A stretch of 56,444 nucleotides of DNA from a virus (Duplodnaviria; Caudoviricetes): positions 1-56,444 of the IMG/VR virus record IMGVR_UViG_3300019360_000010; one strand, written 5' to 3'. Every line of letters starts with the position of its first letter. The first letter of the stretch is position 1. Shown here one piece after another: positions 15,187-24,725 of this stretch. The notes under the pieces are model-generated. The model was not told where the DNA came from, ran no database searches, and saw only the letters and a program-made list of their open reading frames with translations. A program made the translations under genes and the position numbers.

Positions 15187-16152
15187 TCACATCTCGGGCT
15201 GAGGACCATCGCTCTCACTACCGTCGCCGCTCTCGGCGGCGTCGACATCGTCCGACGACATCTGGTTGTACTGCGCGTTGAGCTTCCCGTCACGCCACGA
15301 CGTATACATCTCGCGGCCGAGGAGATAGACCGGGTGGTTCGCCGGCAGCCGCGAGGCGATCGGCGTCTCGTTCAGCATCGAGGGCTGCCACGCGTAGTAG
15401 GTGCCCTTCTTTCCCTTGACGCTGACGGTCTTCATCCGCCAGCGGTGCGACCAGAGCGGATACGGGATCAACTGCCCGTTGTTGTTGTAGCGCAGACCGT
15501 TCAGCAGCGTGATCATCTGCTTGTACACCTTGATCTGCGAGCTGGCGTACGCGATCACGCCACGCGACGGCATCGGTTCGTCTTCGCTCTGATCGAGGAA
15601 GTGACCGAAGAGGTAGTACGTTTCGATCAGCTCCTTGTCGTCACCGGTCGGCAGCTTGCCGAAGCGGTGATCGTTCGGCCGCTTGCCCTCCTTCCAGAGC
15701 CGGTCCGCGCGGCGCTGGCAGTCGAGGACGACCGGATCGTCGGGCAGGTACAGACCCTCGAAGCCGCCGCCCTTGTCGCGCGGGGTGAACTTGGCGAAGT
15801 TATGCTCGCGGACCGCCGGGATGAAGACCACGCCTTCCTTCGAGTCCCAACGCTGCTGCGTCGCCACGTTGATGATCTGCCCGGCGACGGCACCCGGGAT
15901 CAGGTTGTCCGCGATCGCCGGAGACAACGCCTGGAGGATGCGGTAAAACGGAACGACCTGTTCCTCGTTCCCCACGTTCTCCATACCGCCCGACGCGTCG
16001 GCCGCGTAGGCGGACGGATCGGTCAGGTTCGTCTCCTTTCGCTCCGTCACCGCGAAGCTCGGTTCCTTCGGCAACGTCGAGGCGGAAGCACCGCTGGCCG
16101 CGTCCTCGTGGAGTTCGGCGACCTTCTTAGCAGCTGGTTTCGTCTTAGTCAT
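15187..16152 (-). CDS. Putative ssDNA-binding / recombination-associated protein
   Basis: P...ILQALSP motif, acidic C-terminal tail, position in the replication module; GAGG SD. Confidence 0.6.
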   Translation of the reverse strand: MTKTKPAAKKVAELHEDAASGASASTLPKEPSFAVTERKETNLTDPSAYAADASGGMENVGNEEQVVPFYRILQALSPAIADNLIPGAVAGQIINVATQQRWDSKEGVVFIPAVREHNFAKFTPRDKGGGFEGLYLPDDPVVLDCQRRADRLWKEGKRPNDHRFGKLPTGDDKELIETYYLFGHFLDQSEDEPMPSRGVIAYASSQIKVYKQMITLLNGLRYNNNGQLIPYPLWSHRWRMKTVSVKGKKGTYYAWQPSMLNETPIASRLPANHPVYLLGREMYTSWRDGKLNAQYNQMSSDDVDAAESGDGSESDGPQPEM

Positions 16153-16371
16153 GTTTCGTTCCTCGTAAGGTTGATCGTTGACAGGCATCGGTTCGCCGGT
16201 CTGTCCCGGCCGTCAGGTAGTCGTTCGCCTCCTTAGGTGGTGGGGATAACGCTGGGGAAAGCGGGGAAGGTCTTGCCGCGATCGGGGCGCGACCTTTTAC
16301 GACCGAGACTGCCTTCTCTCGCGTCAACCCGCTCCCGACGCGCGGAACGCTGCATACGAACCGGAACCGGA

Positions 16372-16611
16372 TTAACGGTCACGTCCGACGCTCCGCGCGG
16401 TCTCGTCGCCCGGCTGCCACTCGATCGCCGCCGGGCTCTCCCAGCGGAGGTCCTGCCGACGAACGGCCTGACCGAGCGTCGAGTGACCGAACCGGACGAA
16501 CACGAACCGGCTGTTGTACCCGTTGATGAAGCCGCGTTCGTCCACCGCGCCCGGGTACGAAGCGCGGTACAGTACGGCGCGGCCGAGATCGGTGAGACGC
16601 GGATCGATCAC
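16372..16611 (-). CDS. Hypothetical protein
   Basis: GTGA-coupled ORF. Confidence 0.55.
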   Translation of the reverse strand: MIDPRLTDLGRAVLYRASYPGAVDERGFINGYNSRFVFVRFGHSTLGQAVRRQDLRWESPAAIEWQPGDETARSVGRDR

Positions 16612-17210
16612 GGCTGATCCCCCTTTGGCCGTTTGATCGAGGCGATTATTTTCGCGAAACCGCCCAACGTTGCCAGCTCTAAGATTTTGCCTTTATCAAG
16701 CTGCTCACGGCACCACGATGTCAGCGTACCCCAGTGAACGGACACGGCGGACGCGACGGGCTTGTCCGGAAACTTCTCGCGCAGCAGGTCTGCCGCTTCG
16801 ACCGCGAGCGCCGGATCTTCCTTGTTGAACTCGACCGTCACGAGCCGCTTCGCCAGGTCGCCGCCACCCATCTTTTCGAGGTATGCGAGGCCGCGCGCGA
16901 AGCCGTCCGGATCTTTCTCCTTGTTCGGCAATGCCGCGAACACCTTCATGCCCACCGAGATCTTCACGCCGTTCTCGATCGTGAAGTCGGTAAGCCCGAC
17001 CTGCGTCATCAGCGTCGGGAGCTTGTCCTCGAGGATCTCGGCGATCTCCTTCTTCAGGCGCGGGATCTCTACCTCCTCGAGCCGCTCGATCTCGCGCGTC
17101 TTCTCCAGCGCCGACGCGGCCAGGTTCTTTGCCGTGGTCAGCTCGCTCGCCGGCACGGCCGTCAGCGCGGCGTCGGCGGCGTATCCGTTATCTACCTTCT
17201 TCTTAGCCAC
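16608..17210 (-). CDS. Hypothetical replication-module protein
   Basis: AAGGAG SD; coiled coil followed by LP..M...G and VH..TL..W.RE segments. Confidence 0.75.
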   Translation of the reverse strand: MAKKKVDNGYAADAALTAVPASELTTAKNLAASALEKTREIERLEEVEIPRLKKEIAEILEDKLPTLMTQVGLTDFTIENGVKISVGMKVFAALPNKEKDPDGFARGLAYLEKMGGGDLAKRLVTVEFNKEDPALAVEAADLLREKFPDKPVASAVSVHWGTLTSWCREQLDKGKILELATLGGFAKIIASIKRPKGDQP

Positions 17211-17964
17211 GGGTGTTCTCCTTCCGCGCGAGCTGCGTCATCGCGTAGAACTCTTCCATGATCTGCCGGACGTTGTCGACGTGGCCTGCCTTCGCGGCCT
17301 CGAGGAGCTGCTCGAGCGACGGTGTCGTTAGATAGCTGCTCTTGTCGTTCAGGAGTTCGCGCAGCTGATCCACGTCGATCACGTCACCGGCCTGATGATC
17401 TTCGACGATCATCGCGAGCTCCTCCTTGATGGAGCGATACGCCTCCCACGCCCGCCAGCGTACCTGCCAAGCGTGCTCGACGATCGCGTCTACCAGTTCC
17501 AGCTTCGCGAGCCGCGCGTCCGCGAGCTTTTCCGGCACGTTGACGATCTTCGCGTTCGCCTCGGCGGCCAACATCTCGGCGTATCGATCCGCTTCTTCGC
17601 GCGTCGGCAGCAACATATCTTCTTTGTACACGGAACCGCTACCGATACCGGTCTCCCGGCACATGTACTTGACGACGCTGCCATCGAGTGCCGCCGTGTC
17701 GATCTGCACCGAGCCGATGGTGAGGACCTCCACGATCGGGTCGTACGCGTGATACTTCAGTGACGGAAGGTCACGCGTGCCATAGGAGGCATCGACGCAG
17801 CGCGGGCAGGTGGCGGTCAGCGTCGAGCCGACCGGCGTCGTCACCTGCCACTTCATCGTGCCGAGACAGTCCGGGCACGGGTGAGTTTTCGTTATGGAGG
17901 TCGTCCACCCCCGATAGACGATGTCGCCGATCTTGTATCTCGGCGTCGGTAGGTCGCTCATCAA
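17203..17964 (-). CDS. Hypothetical protein with CxxC...CxxC Zn ribbon
   Basis: CPDCLG and CPRC; GAAGGAG SD. Confidence 0.7.
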   Translation of the reverse strand: MMSDLPTPRYKIGDIVYRGWTTSITKTHPCPDCLGTMKWQVTTPVGSTLTATCPRCVDASYGTRDLPSLKYHAYDPIVEVLTIGSVQIDTAALDGSVVKYMCRETGIGSGSVYKEDMLLPTREEADRYAEMLAAEANAKIVNVPEKLADARLAKLELVDAIVEHAWQVRWRAWEAYRSIKEELAMIVEDHQAGDVIDVDQLRELLNDKSSYLTTPSLEQLLEAAKAGHVDNVRQIMEEFYAMTQLARKENTRG

Positions 17965-17976
17965 CGTTCTCCTTCG

Positions 17977-18225
17977 TTAAAGTTCGTGCCCGGTCTCGTC
18001 CAGGCCGTTGATCCGATCGCGCAGCGTCGCGAGAAATACCCGCGCGGTCGGCGTCATCACCAGCATGTGTCTCATCTTCTCGCGACAGGTCTTCTTGTCC
18101 ATCAGCTTCGACGGGTCGGGGTATCGTTGCGTTCCGGTTATCGTGCGCGCGGTGTAGCTGTTCCGCAGCGCGTTCGCTTGATCGGTCAGCGCGTTCTCCT
18201 GGTACACGGACCAGTACGGCCTCAC
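17977..18225 (-). CDS. Hypothetical protein
   Basis: GTGA-coupled ORF. Confidence 0.5.
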   Translation of the reverse strand: MRPYWSVYQENALTDQANALRNSYTARTITGTQRYPDPSKLMDKKTCREKMRHMLVMTPTARVFLATLRDRINGLDETGHEL

Positions 18226-19208
18226 GGCAGCTGCTCCCGGACGATCCGCGCGATGAACCGGTGGCCAGCCGGGCTTGGGTGCCCGAGCTGCCCGTTCTCG
18301 TTGAGCCAGAGGATGAACCAGTCATCGCGGTTCAGGCTCTTAAGGCGAGCGCGGTACTCGTCCCACGTGTCGATCACGCGCAGCCCGGCGCGGTCCGCCG
18401 CGTATATCACTCGGTTCACGTACCACGGTCGTATTTCTTCGGTCAGCTCGCCCGCGCCGTACATCATCACGATGATCCAGTACTTCGGAACTTTGACCAA
18501 CAGCAGCTCGGTCACCCTCACCGCCTGCTCGTCAGTCAGTACCTTCTCGTACTTCGCGTCGTGAACCCAGCTCGTCGGGTACAGTCGACGCAGCGCGGCG
18601 TGGATCGCGTACGAGTAGCTCAACCAGTTGAACCGGCGTTGATGGTTCGTCAACGCGTTGATCGCCGTAATCGGTTGCCGGTACAGCTCGTTTACGACCG
18701 GTGTGAGCAACGGCTTCGTACCGCCGCCGTAGACCCGGTAGGCGTTCCGCAGCGTGTCCTGCGACAGGAAACCGATGATCGTGCCGAGTGACGCAAAAGC
18801 TTGAAGCTGATGCGCGCGCAGGATGATCTGATCCGCGCCATATCCGCCGACCGCCGCGTTGAACGTCGAGACGTCGAGAAGTGCGGGCCACGTCTCCTCG
18901 TCGCGAACGCCCGATCCGGCCGTGAACGAGTCGCCCACGACCAGGTACGCTGATCTTCGCGAGCCGGAGGGCCGGCGAAACCCGAGGTGATCCGTGTTCA
19001 TCCCGTCCGAGACGAAGTTTGCCCGGTGCCGCCAGCCCACGTCCGCGTCGAACTCGATCACGTTTGCGTTCGCGCGCAACAGGCTGATCTCGCGCTCGAG
19101 GAAATTCTCGGTCGTCAGTACCGGCACGCCCGCGAGGGCGCGCAGGCCGAGCTCGATCGACGCGAGCGAGATGAGGACGGATAAGATCAGCAGCGTTCCG
19201 TTTACCAC
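18222..19208 (-). CDS. Membrane-anchored SGNH/GDSL-family hydrolase or acyltransferase
   Basis: N-terminal TM helix; GDSF, NAAVGGYG, QDT, GHPSPAGH blocks. Confidence 0.8.
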   Translation of the reverse strand: MVNGTLLILSVLISLASIELGLRALAGVPVLTTENFLEREISLLRANANVIEFDADVGWRHRANFVSDGMNTDHLGFRRPSGSRRSAYLVVGDSFTAGSGVRDEETWPALLDVSTFNAAVGGYGADQIILRAHQLQAFASLGTIIGFLSQDTLRNAYRVYGGGTKPLLTPVVNELYRQPITAINALTNHQRRFNWLSYSYAIHAALRRLYPTSWVHDAKYEKVLTDEQAVRVTELLLVKVPKYWIIVMMYGAGELTEEIRPWYVNRVIYAADRAGLRVIDTWDEYRARLKSLNRDDWFILWLNENGQLGHPSPAGHRFIARIVREQLP

Positions 19209-19540
19209 AGCCGCGCGCTCCTCACCACGTACCGCGTCTCGTCGTTCCGCCAGGACAGCGTCTTGAGGTGACCGTTCAGCTGCTTGGCGGCGATCGCCAT
19301 GGTCCACCCGATCAGTTCCGGCGCACCGACGCAGAGGATGAAATCCTCCTCCGTCAGGTCCGCCAGCTTCGCGGTGATCCCCTGGATCGTTGCGGTCGGG
19401 TCGAGCCCGAACATCCCAGGGGAGGTGAGGAACACCAGCTCGCCGAAGTCCTGAGCCGGCGTCAGGTCGATGCGCGGTTTATGCGTCCGGGTGACCGGAT
19501 CAAACTTGGTGGGCTCCTGGACGATATAGACCTTGGGCAT
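19202..19540 (-). CDS. Hypothetical protein
   Basis: AGGAG SD; MPKVYIVQEP...A..FGE...D.IL..G.P. Confidence 0.75.
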   Translation of the reverse strand: MPKVYIVQEPTKFDPVTRTHKPRIDLTPAQDFGELVFLTSPGMFGLDPTATIQGITAKLADLTEEDFILCVGAPELIGWTMAIAAKQLNGHLKTLSWRNDETRYVVRSARLW

Positions 19541-19559
19541 GTCGATACTCCTGATGAAG

Positions 19560-19967
19560 CTAGTAGCGCAGCCGGCGATGGATCACCGACAGCTTGGCCT
19601 GTGTCGCCTCGTCGATCTTCTCGAGCCGGATGATCCCGGCGTCGGCCATCAGATCGACGGCGGCGGCGATGTCGCCCAGTTCTTCCTCGAGCTGTTGGCG
19701 GTTGTCATGCTGGCCGTTCGACCAGCCGAACCGGAGGATCTTGCCGATCGACTGGACGACCTCGCCGGCCTCCTCCGCGACGATCGCTAGCCGCTCGATC
19801 TCAGTGGGTGTGAGGGGATACCCCGGATCGACGTGGCCGTACGGCCCGCGCCCGGACGCCGCCGCGCGGAGAACGTTGGCGATCGGCGTCGGGTCAGCGG
19901 TAGCCCCGACTAACCGAGCGAGCTGCTCGGCCTGCTCGTTGAAGACGTCGCGGACGGGATCGGTCAT
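19560..19967 (-). CDS. MazG-like nucleotide pyrophosphohydrolase (second copy of the fold)
   Basis: EEAGEVVQ..GK..RFG and LEEELGD motifs. Confidence 0.72.
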   Translation of the reverse strand: MTDPVRDVFNEQAEQLARLVGATADPTPIANVLRAAASGRGPYGHVDPGYPLTPTEIERLAIVAEEAGEVVQSIGKILRFGWSNGQHDNRQQLEEELGDIAAAVDLMADAGIIRLEKIDEATQAKLSVIHRRLRY

Positions 19968-19986
19968 GATCGTTCTCCTCTACGCG

Positions 19987-20145
19987 TCAGCCTCGGTACT
20001 CGTCTGGCTCGGGGATCGGGTAGCCTAGCAGATCGTACTTGACCCAATAGTACAGCAGCACGACCGGGCTGACGGCAACGCACACGGCCAGCAGCACCAG
20101 TAGCGCCACGTAGCCCAGGCCGATGGCGAGCGCGATGGTTTCCAC
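19987..20145 (-). CDS. Small membrane protein (52 aa, absent from ORF track)
   Basis: GTG-ETIALAIGLGYVALLVLLAVCVAVSPVVLLYYWVK...; fills the gap between genes. Confidence 0.5.
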   Translation of the reverse strand: METIALAIGLGYVALLVLLAVCVAVSPVVLLYYWVKYDLLGYPIPEPDEYRG

Positions 20146-20146
20146 G

Positions 20147-20503
20147 CTACCGCGCCTTCAGCGCGGCGATGCACAGCGCGAGGGCTGGAGTCGAAGCGTT
20201 CTGGGCCTCGATTTTACATTCTTCATGGTCGAGCATGTCGCGTCCCAAGCTGTCGGCGTCTTGTTCGAGGGTCGCGTGGCAGTATTGACGCCCGACCTTG
20301 TTTCGACTGAGACTAACCTTCACGCATCCGACACCTTCTGGCACCAGCGCCAGTGCGACGTCGATGGAGGTGGTGTAGGGCGGCGCGCGATAGTCGGGAT
20401 TGGTCGTTGGGTAACCTTTCACAAAGTCATCGATTGCTCTGTCCAATCTTCGGGAGCCCTGCTTCACTGCTTTCAGCTTCGCGATGAGTCCCGCGCGCGT
20501 CAT
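20147..20503 (-). CDS. Hypothetical protein
   Basis: PPYTTSIDVALALVP...TPALALC.AAL.A; ATGA coupling. Confidence 0.7.
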   Translation of the reverse strand: MTRAGLIAKLKAVKQGSRRLDRAIDDFVKGYPTTNPDYRAPPYTTSIDVALALVPEGVGCVKVSLSRNKVGRQYCHATLEQDADSLGRDMLDHEECKIEAQNASTPALALCIAALKAR

Positions 20504-20982
20504 CGGGTCGGCTCCTGCGCCTTCAGCGCAGCGAGGGCGTCAAGTAGCTTTTGTTCGTAGCGCGGTATTACTGCGTGCTTGCGCATTTCAGTGATCACCC
20601 ACATCGCCGCCTCATACTTCGCCCTCAGCGGCGCGCAGCCGGCGGCGAGCGCGGCGGACATGCACTGGTGGAGATCATCACCCATATAGCCGTAGTGGAC
20701 TGCTAGCGCCGCCTTTACATCCAGCCCATCGGCCGAGGTCAGGGCGGACAGGCGGGCCTTCAGCCGCTCGATTTCTGCAGCCTGCTCCTTAATGGTCACG
20801 TCCTTGTCTAGCTTCATCATCGTTGCTAACTCATTCATTCCCATTTCGCCTCGAAGCCAGCTTTGTCGTTGCGCCTCTCGCTCAACAGCTTGTTCTTCTG
20901 GTGAGAGCGCGTCGAAGCGCGTTTTCGCTTCGGCTATCAGTTTAGCCAGTTGATCATCGCTCACTCGCTGTTCAGTCATCAT
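20500..20982 (-). CDS. Hypothetical protein
   Basis: AAGGAG SD; coiled-coil-like. Confidence 0.65.
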   Translation of the reverse strand: MMTEQRVSDDQLAKLIAEAKTRFDALSPEEQAVEREAQRQSWLRGEMGMNELATMMKLDKDVTIKEQAAEIERLKARLSALTSADGLDVKAALAVHYGYMGDDLHQCMSAALAAGCAPLRAKYEAAMWVITEMRKHAVIPRYEQKLLDALAALKAQEPTR

Positions 20983-21019
20983 CCCTCTCCTTCATCTACC
21001 TCCTTGGTTATTCCGCCGG

Positions 21020-21268
21020 TCATACGGCGGGGGCGGGATCGAGACCTGGCTTCGACTGCAGTTCGCGAATACGCTTGTCCAGCACCCACACTAAATCTTC
21101 GCCCATGCCCATGGAGCGCTTTGGCAGAAGATTAAGTACGGCGGCCAAGTTGTTGTACGCTTCTGCTTTCGGTCGAAGGTGGTCTATCTCATCCCGCATG
21201 GACTGGATCTCGTGCTTGCAGCGCTGCATCATTTGGATAGCTTCTTCGTTACTGATTTGAGTAGACAT
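21020..21268 (-). CDS. Hypothetical protein
   Basis: AAGGA SD; helical. Confidence 0.6.
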   Translation of the reverse strand: MSTQISNEEAIQMMQRCKHEIQSMRDEIDHLRPKAEAYNNLAAVLNLLPKRSMGMGEDLVWVLDKRIRELQSKPGLDPAPAV

Positions 21269-21431
21269 TAGAGTTCCTTTCAGTTTGTGCTAGCCCGCCC
21301 CTGTTATTCCGCCGGCCATGCGGCAGGGGCGGCACATGGGCACTCGCTCGCAGCACGGGGACCGGCCAACGTCCGTCTTCGTCCTTGTGCTGCCTCCAAC
21401 TGCCCGGTGGTTCACCATCGTTTGCCACGGT

Positions 21432-21635
21432 TCAGCCATCTAGCGGACCGCCCTTTTTGGCTTTGGCCATGGCATCTTCCATCGTCATGGTTAGCCCCTT
21501 CGTCAGCATGTCCACGCGACGCGTCAGCGCGTCCACGCGCTTCGTCAGCTCCTGGTCGTTCTTCGTCAACTGCTGGAGGTCCTCGGTCAGCATCTTGAAT
21601 GAGATTACCAGCGTAGCTATGAGGTCCGCCGTCAT
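21432..21635 (-). CDS. Small coiled-coil protein
   Basis: AAGGAG SD; heptad-like repeats. Confidence 0.55.
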   Translation of the reverse strand: MTADLIATLVISFKMLTEDLQQLTKNDQELTKRVDALTRRVDMLTKGLTMTMEDAMAKAKKGGPLDG

Positions 21636-21639
21636 CGTT

Positions 21640-23277
21640 CTACTCCTTCCTCCGGAACAGGTGCCGCCAGTTCGACGAACCGAGGACGAACGCGGCGAGG
21701 TCCTTCTTTTCTTTCAGCGCGTTGAGGATGTCCTCGTCCACCGAGTCCTCGGCCACCAGGTCGACGATCGCCAGCCCGCGCTGCCGGTTCATCGACTCGC
21801 CGCGATCCTCCGCCTGCGACCGTAGGCGGCGACGGTAGGTGTGGCCGTAGAAGATCATGCCCGGCGCGTTCGAGAAGTCCAGCCCGCGCCCGCCCGCCGC
21901 CGGCGTGCCGACGAGGTACTGGGAGTGGCCGGTCTGATACGCGGTCTTCGCCTCGGCGCGCGCGGCCTCGGGAACGGTGCCGTCATACCGCGAGGCCCAG
22001 CCACCCTTCCGGTCGTTCAGTACCCGGACGATCGTGTCCGCGTCCTGGTGGAACGTCGTCCAGATGGTTACCTGCGCGTCGCCGAACGTCTTGAGCTCGG
22101 CGAGGAGCGCGTCGAGCCGGGGATGGCGTGCCGGGTCGATCGGGGACAAGGGTTTCACCTGCACGATGAAGCCGAGGCCCTGGCAGGCGTCGCAACCGTC
22201 GCCCTGGCAGGCGTCGCAGGTCGTGGGCTCGCGCGTCTCGGGGAAGAAGTTGTGGCACACCTGCTGAAGGCGGAGGTACCGCGTCAGGACCATCGCGGCG
22301 GTGACCGTCCGGCCGTCCGCGAGGTCGGCCGTGAACCGGTCGGCGAGGTCGTTGTACACCCGGCGCTGCTCGTCGGATAGCTGATAGTACCGGCGCGTGA
22401 CGGTACGCGGCGGCAGGTCCTTCAGCTCGGTCCGGCGGATCACGGCCGCGAACCGGCTCAGCTTCGTCCGGTACTCGGGGAGGTTCTTGTACCCCACCAC
22501 GACCTCGTACGATCGCCCGGGAACGTCGCCGACGTATCCGCAGTCCGCGCAGCCCGCGCCCTTACAGGCGGCGTGTGGTAACATCGGCGAGCCGGGCTGG
22601 GCGGTCTTCTGGATGATCGCGTACCGGCGCTTGAACGCCATGAACGAGGTGAAGCCGAACGGCGCGTCGTTAAGGAACTGGACCTGGCCGTACGCGTCTA
22701 ACGGTGACTCGTCTACCGGCGTGCCGTCGAGGATGCGTCGCCAGGCGAACCAGGTCCGCAGCTTCACCATCGCCTTTTGGCGCTGCGAGGTGGTGTGCGC
22801 GAGGTCGGCCGACTCGTCCGACACGCCCATCATCTTGCCGCGCTCGGCGAGCCGGCGGACGATCGCGCGGAACGCGTCGTTCGTCGCCGCGTCGATGTTC
22901 GCCGACAGGACGCTGAGCCCGTCGTTGTGGTACAGCACGTCTACCGCGTGCTGGAACTTCTTCGACTTGGCGCGCGACGATCGCCACAGCAGCGCCTTGT
23001 ACTCCGTGCGCGGCGAGAGCCAGCGCGGGATCTCATCGGTGACCCAGTTCCGGTGAACGCCGTTCGGCGCGATCACGACGAGGGTGCGCAGGCTCGCGTC
23101 GTGGAACAGGCGCGCGGCCGAGTCGAGGATGATCCGCGTCTTGCCGGTACGCGGCTCGGCGAAGATGGCAAAAAAGTTGAGGTTCCAGGTCCGCCGGTAG
23201 ACCGTCGCCTGGTGATCCCAGGCCGGGAGCGACAGGCCGCGATAGTGGTGACCGTGAGAGCGGTGATCGATGAGCAT
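21640..23277 (-). CDS. SNF2-like SF2 helicase with two Zn-finger-like insertions
   Basis: EPRTGKT, DESA, LDGTP, GGRGLD, QAEDR. Confidence 0.9.
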   Translation of the reverse strand: MLIDHRSHGHHYRGLSLPAWDHQATVYRRTWNLNFFAIFAEPRTGKTRIILDSAARLFHDASLRTLVVIAPNGVHRNWVTDEIPRWLSPRTEYKALLWRSSRAKSKKFQHAVDVLYHNDGLSVLSANIDAATNDAFRAIVRRLAERGKMMGVSDESADLAHTTSQRQKAMVKLRTWFAWRRILDGTPVDESPLDAYGQVQFLNDAPFGFTSFMAFKRRYAIIQKTAQPGSPMLPHAACKGAGCADCGYVGDVPGRSYEVVVGYKNLPEYRTKLSRFAAVIRRTELKDLPPRTVTRRYYQLSDEQRRVYNDLADRFTADLADGRTVTAAMVLTRYLRLQQVCHNFFPETREPTTCDACQGDGCDACQGLGFIVQVKPLSPIDPARHPRLDALLAELKTFGDAQVTIWTTFHQDADTIVRVLNDRKGGWASRYDGTVPEAARAEAKTAYQTGHSQYLVGTPAAGGRGLDFSNAPGMIFYGHTYRRRLRSQAEDRGESMNRQRGLAIVDLVAEDSVDEDILNALKEKKDLAAFVLGSSNWRHLFRRKE

Positions 23278-23399
23278 GTGCGTTCTTCTCGTTCTGTCGA
23301 TCGACGATGAAGCAGTTCAAACTGCTTCATCGTCGATCCGTGTGGCCTCAGATCAGACGAGCGTACGGGAACGACCGTCCGTGACCGACCCGACCCGAA

Positions 23400-24000
23400 T
23401 ACCGAAACGTATTTCAAAATAACAGTGGTTTTATTTTGAACCGTTCTGGTTTATCTTAGCGGTTCCGGCTCGCAAGAGTGCGGGGAGCGAACGAAGTAGT
23501 CGGCCGAGGCGCAGATCTCGGTCGATTACTTGTCTCTACAGTTAGAATGGATAAGGTTGAACTTTCGTAAACAACCCGGAACGAATTGAAGGTAAGTACC
23601 GGGAATATTGGATAAAATCAGCCAATCACCAGGCAATTTTTTGCCAAATAGAACGAAATCAACGGGTTAGGACCCGAAAAAATTGCCTGTTAACCTTCAG
23701 GCAATTAGCGTTGATTTTGTTCGATAAACCGCCTCTTCAACCTTAAATAATCGTTTGATATCAATACCCGTCTTTTCTTCTGATTAGACGCGGGGAGTTT
23801 TTTTTTCGAAAAAATTTTTCAAAAATAAATCAGCCAATCAGCCAATCAGCCAATATTCGACCGGGATCAAGTCCCTGATATCACGGCGAATATTGAATAA
23901 TTGCCTGAGTCCTTGCCTGAAAACTTCAGCCAATTCGCTCGGTAAGTATATGATATGACAGGGGATTAATCCCCACGCGTAATTTTTATGAACGTAGGAG
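23400..24000. other. AT-rich non-coding switch region with iterons; candidate replication origin and divergent promoters
   Basis: About 10 CAG(C/G)CAAT-type copies, A/T tracts, no ORFs, located at the strand switch. Confidence 0.6.
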
Positions 24001-24096
24001 ATTAAATCCACCGGGTACTCGCGCGTAGTTGAGTGGTCGGCGCGGCGCGAGCGCGGTAACCTCCCCCGTACCCGCGCCGTTAAGAGGGGACGAACG

Positions 24097-24576
24097 GTGA
24101 TCGATCAGCAGCGTTGGTATGTAGCCGCGACTCAATCGAAATCCGAACAGCTCGCCGAGGACCATCTTAAACGACAGCACTTCACCGTCATGCTGCCGTG
24201 GATCATCGATCCGACCGGCCGGCGTGAGCTGCGGTTTCCCGGCTATATTCTCGTCGCGTTCGATCGCGACACCGATCGATGGCGGTCGATCAATGGAACG
24301 CGCGGTGTAAAGGCGTTGCTGTTCGGCGAGTATCCGACGCCTCTGCCGCGTGATGCGATCGCGGCGATTCCGGCGATCGAGACCTTCGGTCCGTTCTCCC
24401 CGTCCGCGCGTCCATTTGATACCGGCGACCGCGTGCGCGTGATCGATGGTCCGTTCGAGGGGCACGTTGGCACCATCGGTCTTACCGGCGTTGAGCGCGT
24501 TCAAATACTGCTTAGTTTACTTTCGCGGACCGTTAAGGTATATGTCTCACCCCATCAGATAGACCACGCCGCGTAG
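24097..24576 (+). CDS. NusG/RfaH-family transcription antiterminator
   Basis: WYVA.T, FPGYILV, INGTRGV (NGN domain); GDRVRVIDGPFEG (KOW); RV..LL..L. Confidence 0.93.
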   Translation: MIDQQRWYVAATQSKSEQLAEDHLKRQHFTVMLPWIIDPTGRRELRFPGYILVAFDRDTDRWRSINGTRGVKALLFGEYPTPLPRDAIAAIPAIETFGPFSPSARPFDTGDRVRVIDGPFEGHVGTIGLTGVERVQILLSLLSRTVKVYVSPHQIDHAA

Positions 24577-24589
24577 TTGCATACCGAGC

Positions 24590-24603
24590 GCTACTGCGGT
24601 AGC
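24590..24603 (+). promoter_or_regulatory. ops-like element (GCGGTAG) in a short hairpin
   Basis: GCTAC-TGCG-GTAGC just after the NusG paralog stop codon. Confidence 0.5.
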
Positions 24604-24617
24604 TATCAGCGGAGACG

Positions 24618-24725
24618 TTGCTGAAACGCTGGTCGGTCTTCAAGTCCATCCTCTTCATTCTCGCGTCGTCGACCATCGCCTGGGCGGTGATCGTGAACGC
24701 GTTCCTTTACCTGTGGAGGCGTTGA
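24618..24725 (+). CDS. 35-aa single-TM peptide (absent from ORF track)
   Basis: GGAG SD, TTG start, LKRWSVFKSILFILASSTIAWAVIVNAFLYLWRR, TGATG coupling to the next gene. Confidence 0.55.
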   Translation: MLKRWSVFKSILFILASSTIAWAVIVNAFLYLWRR

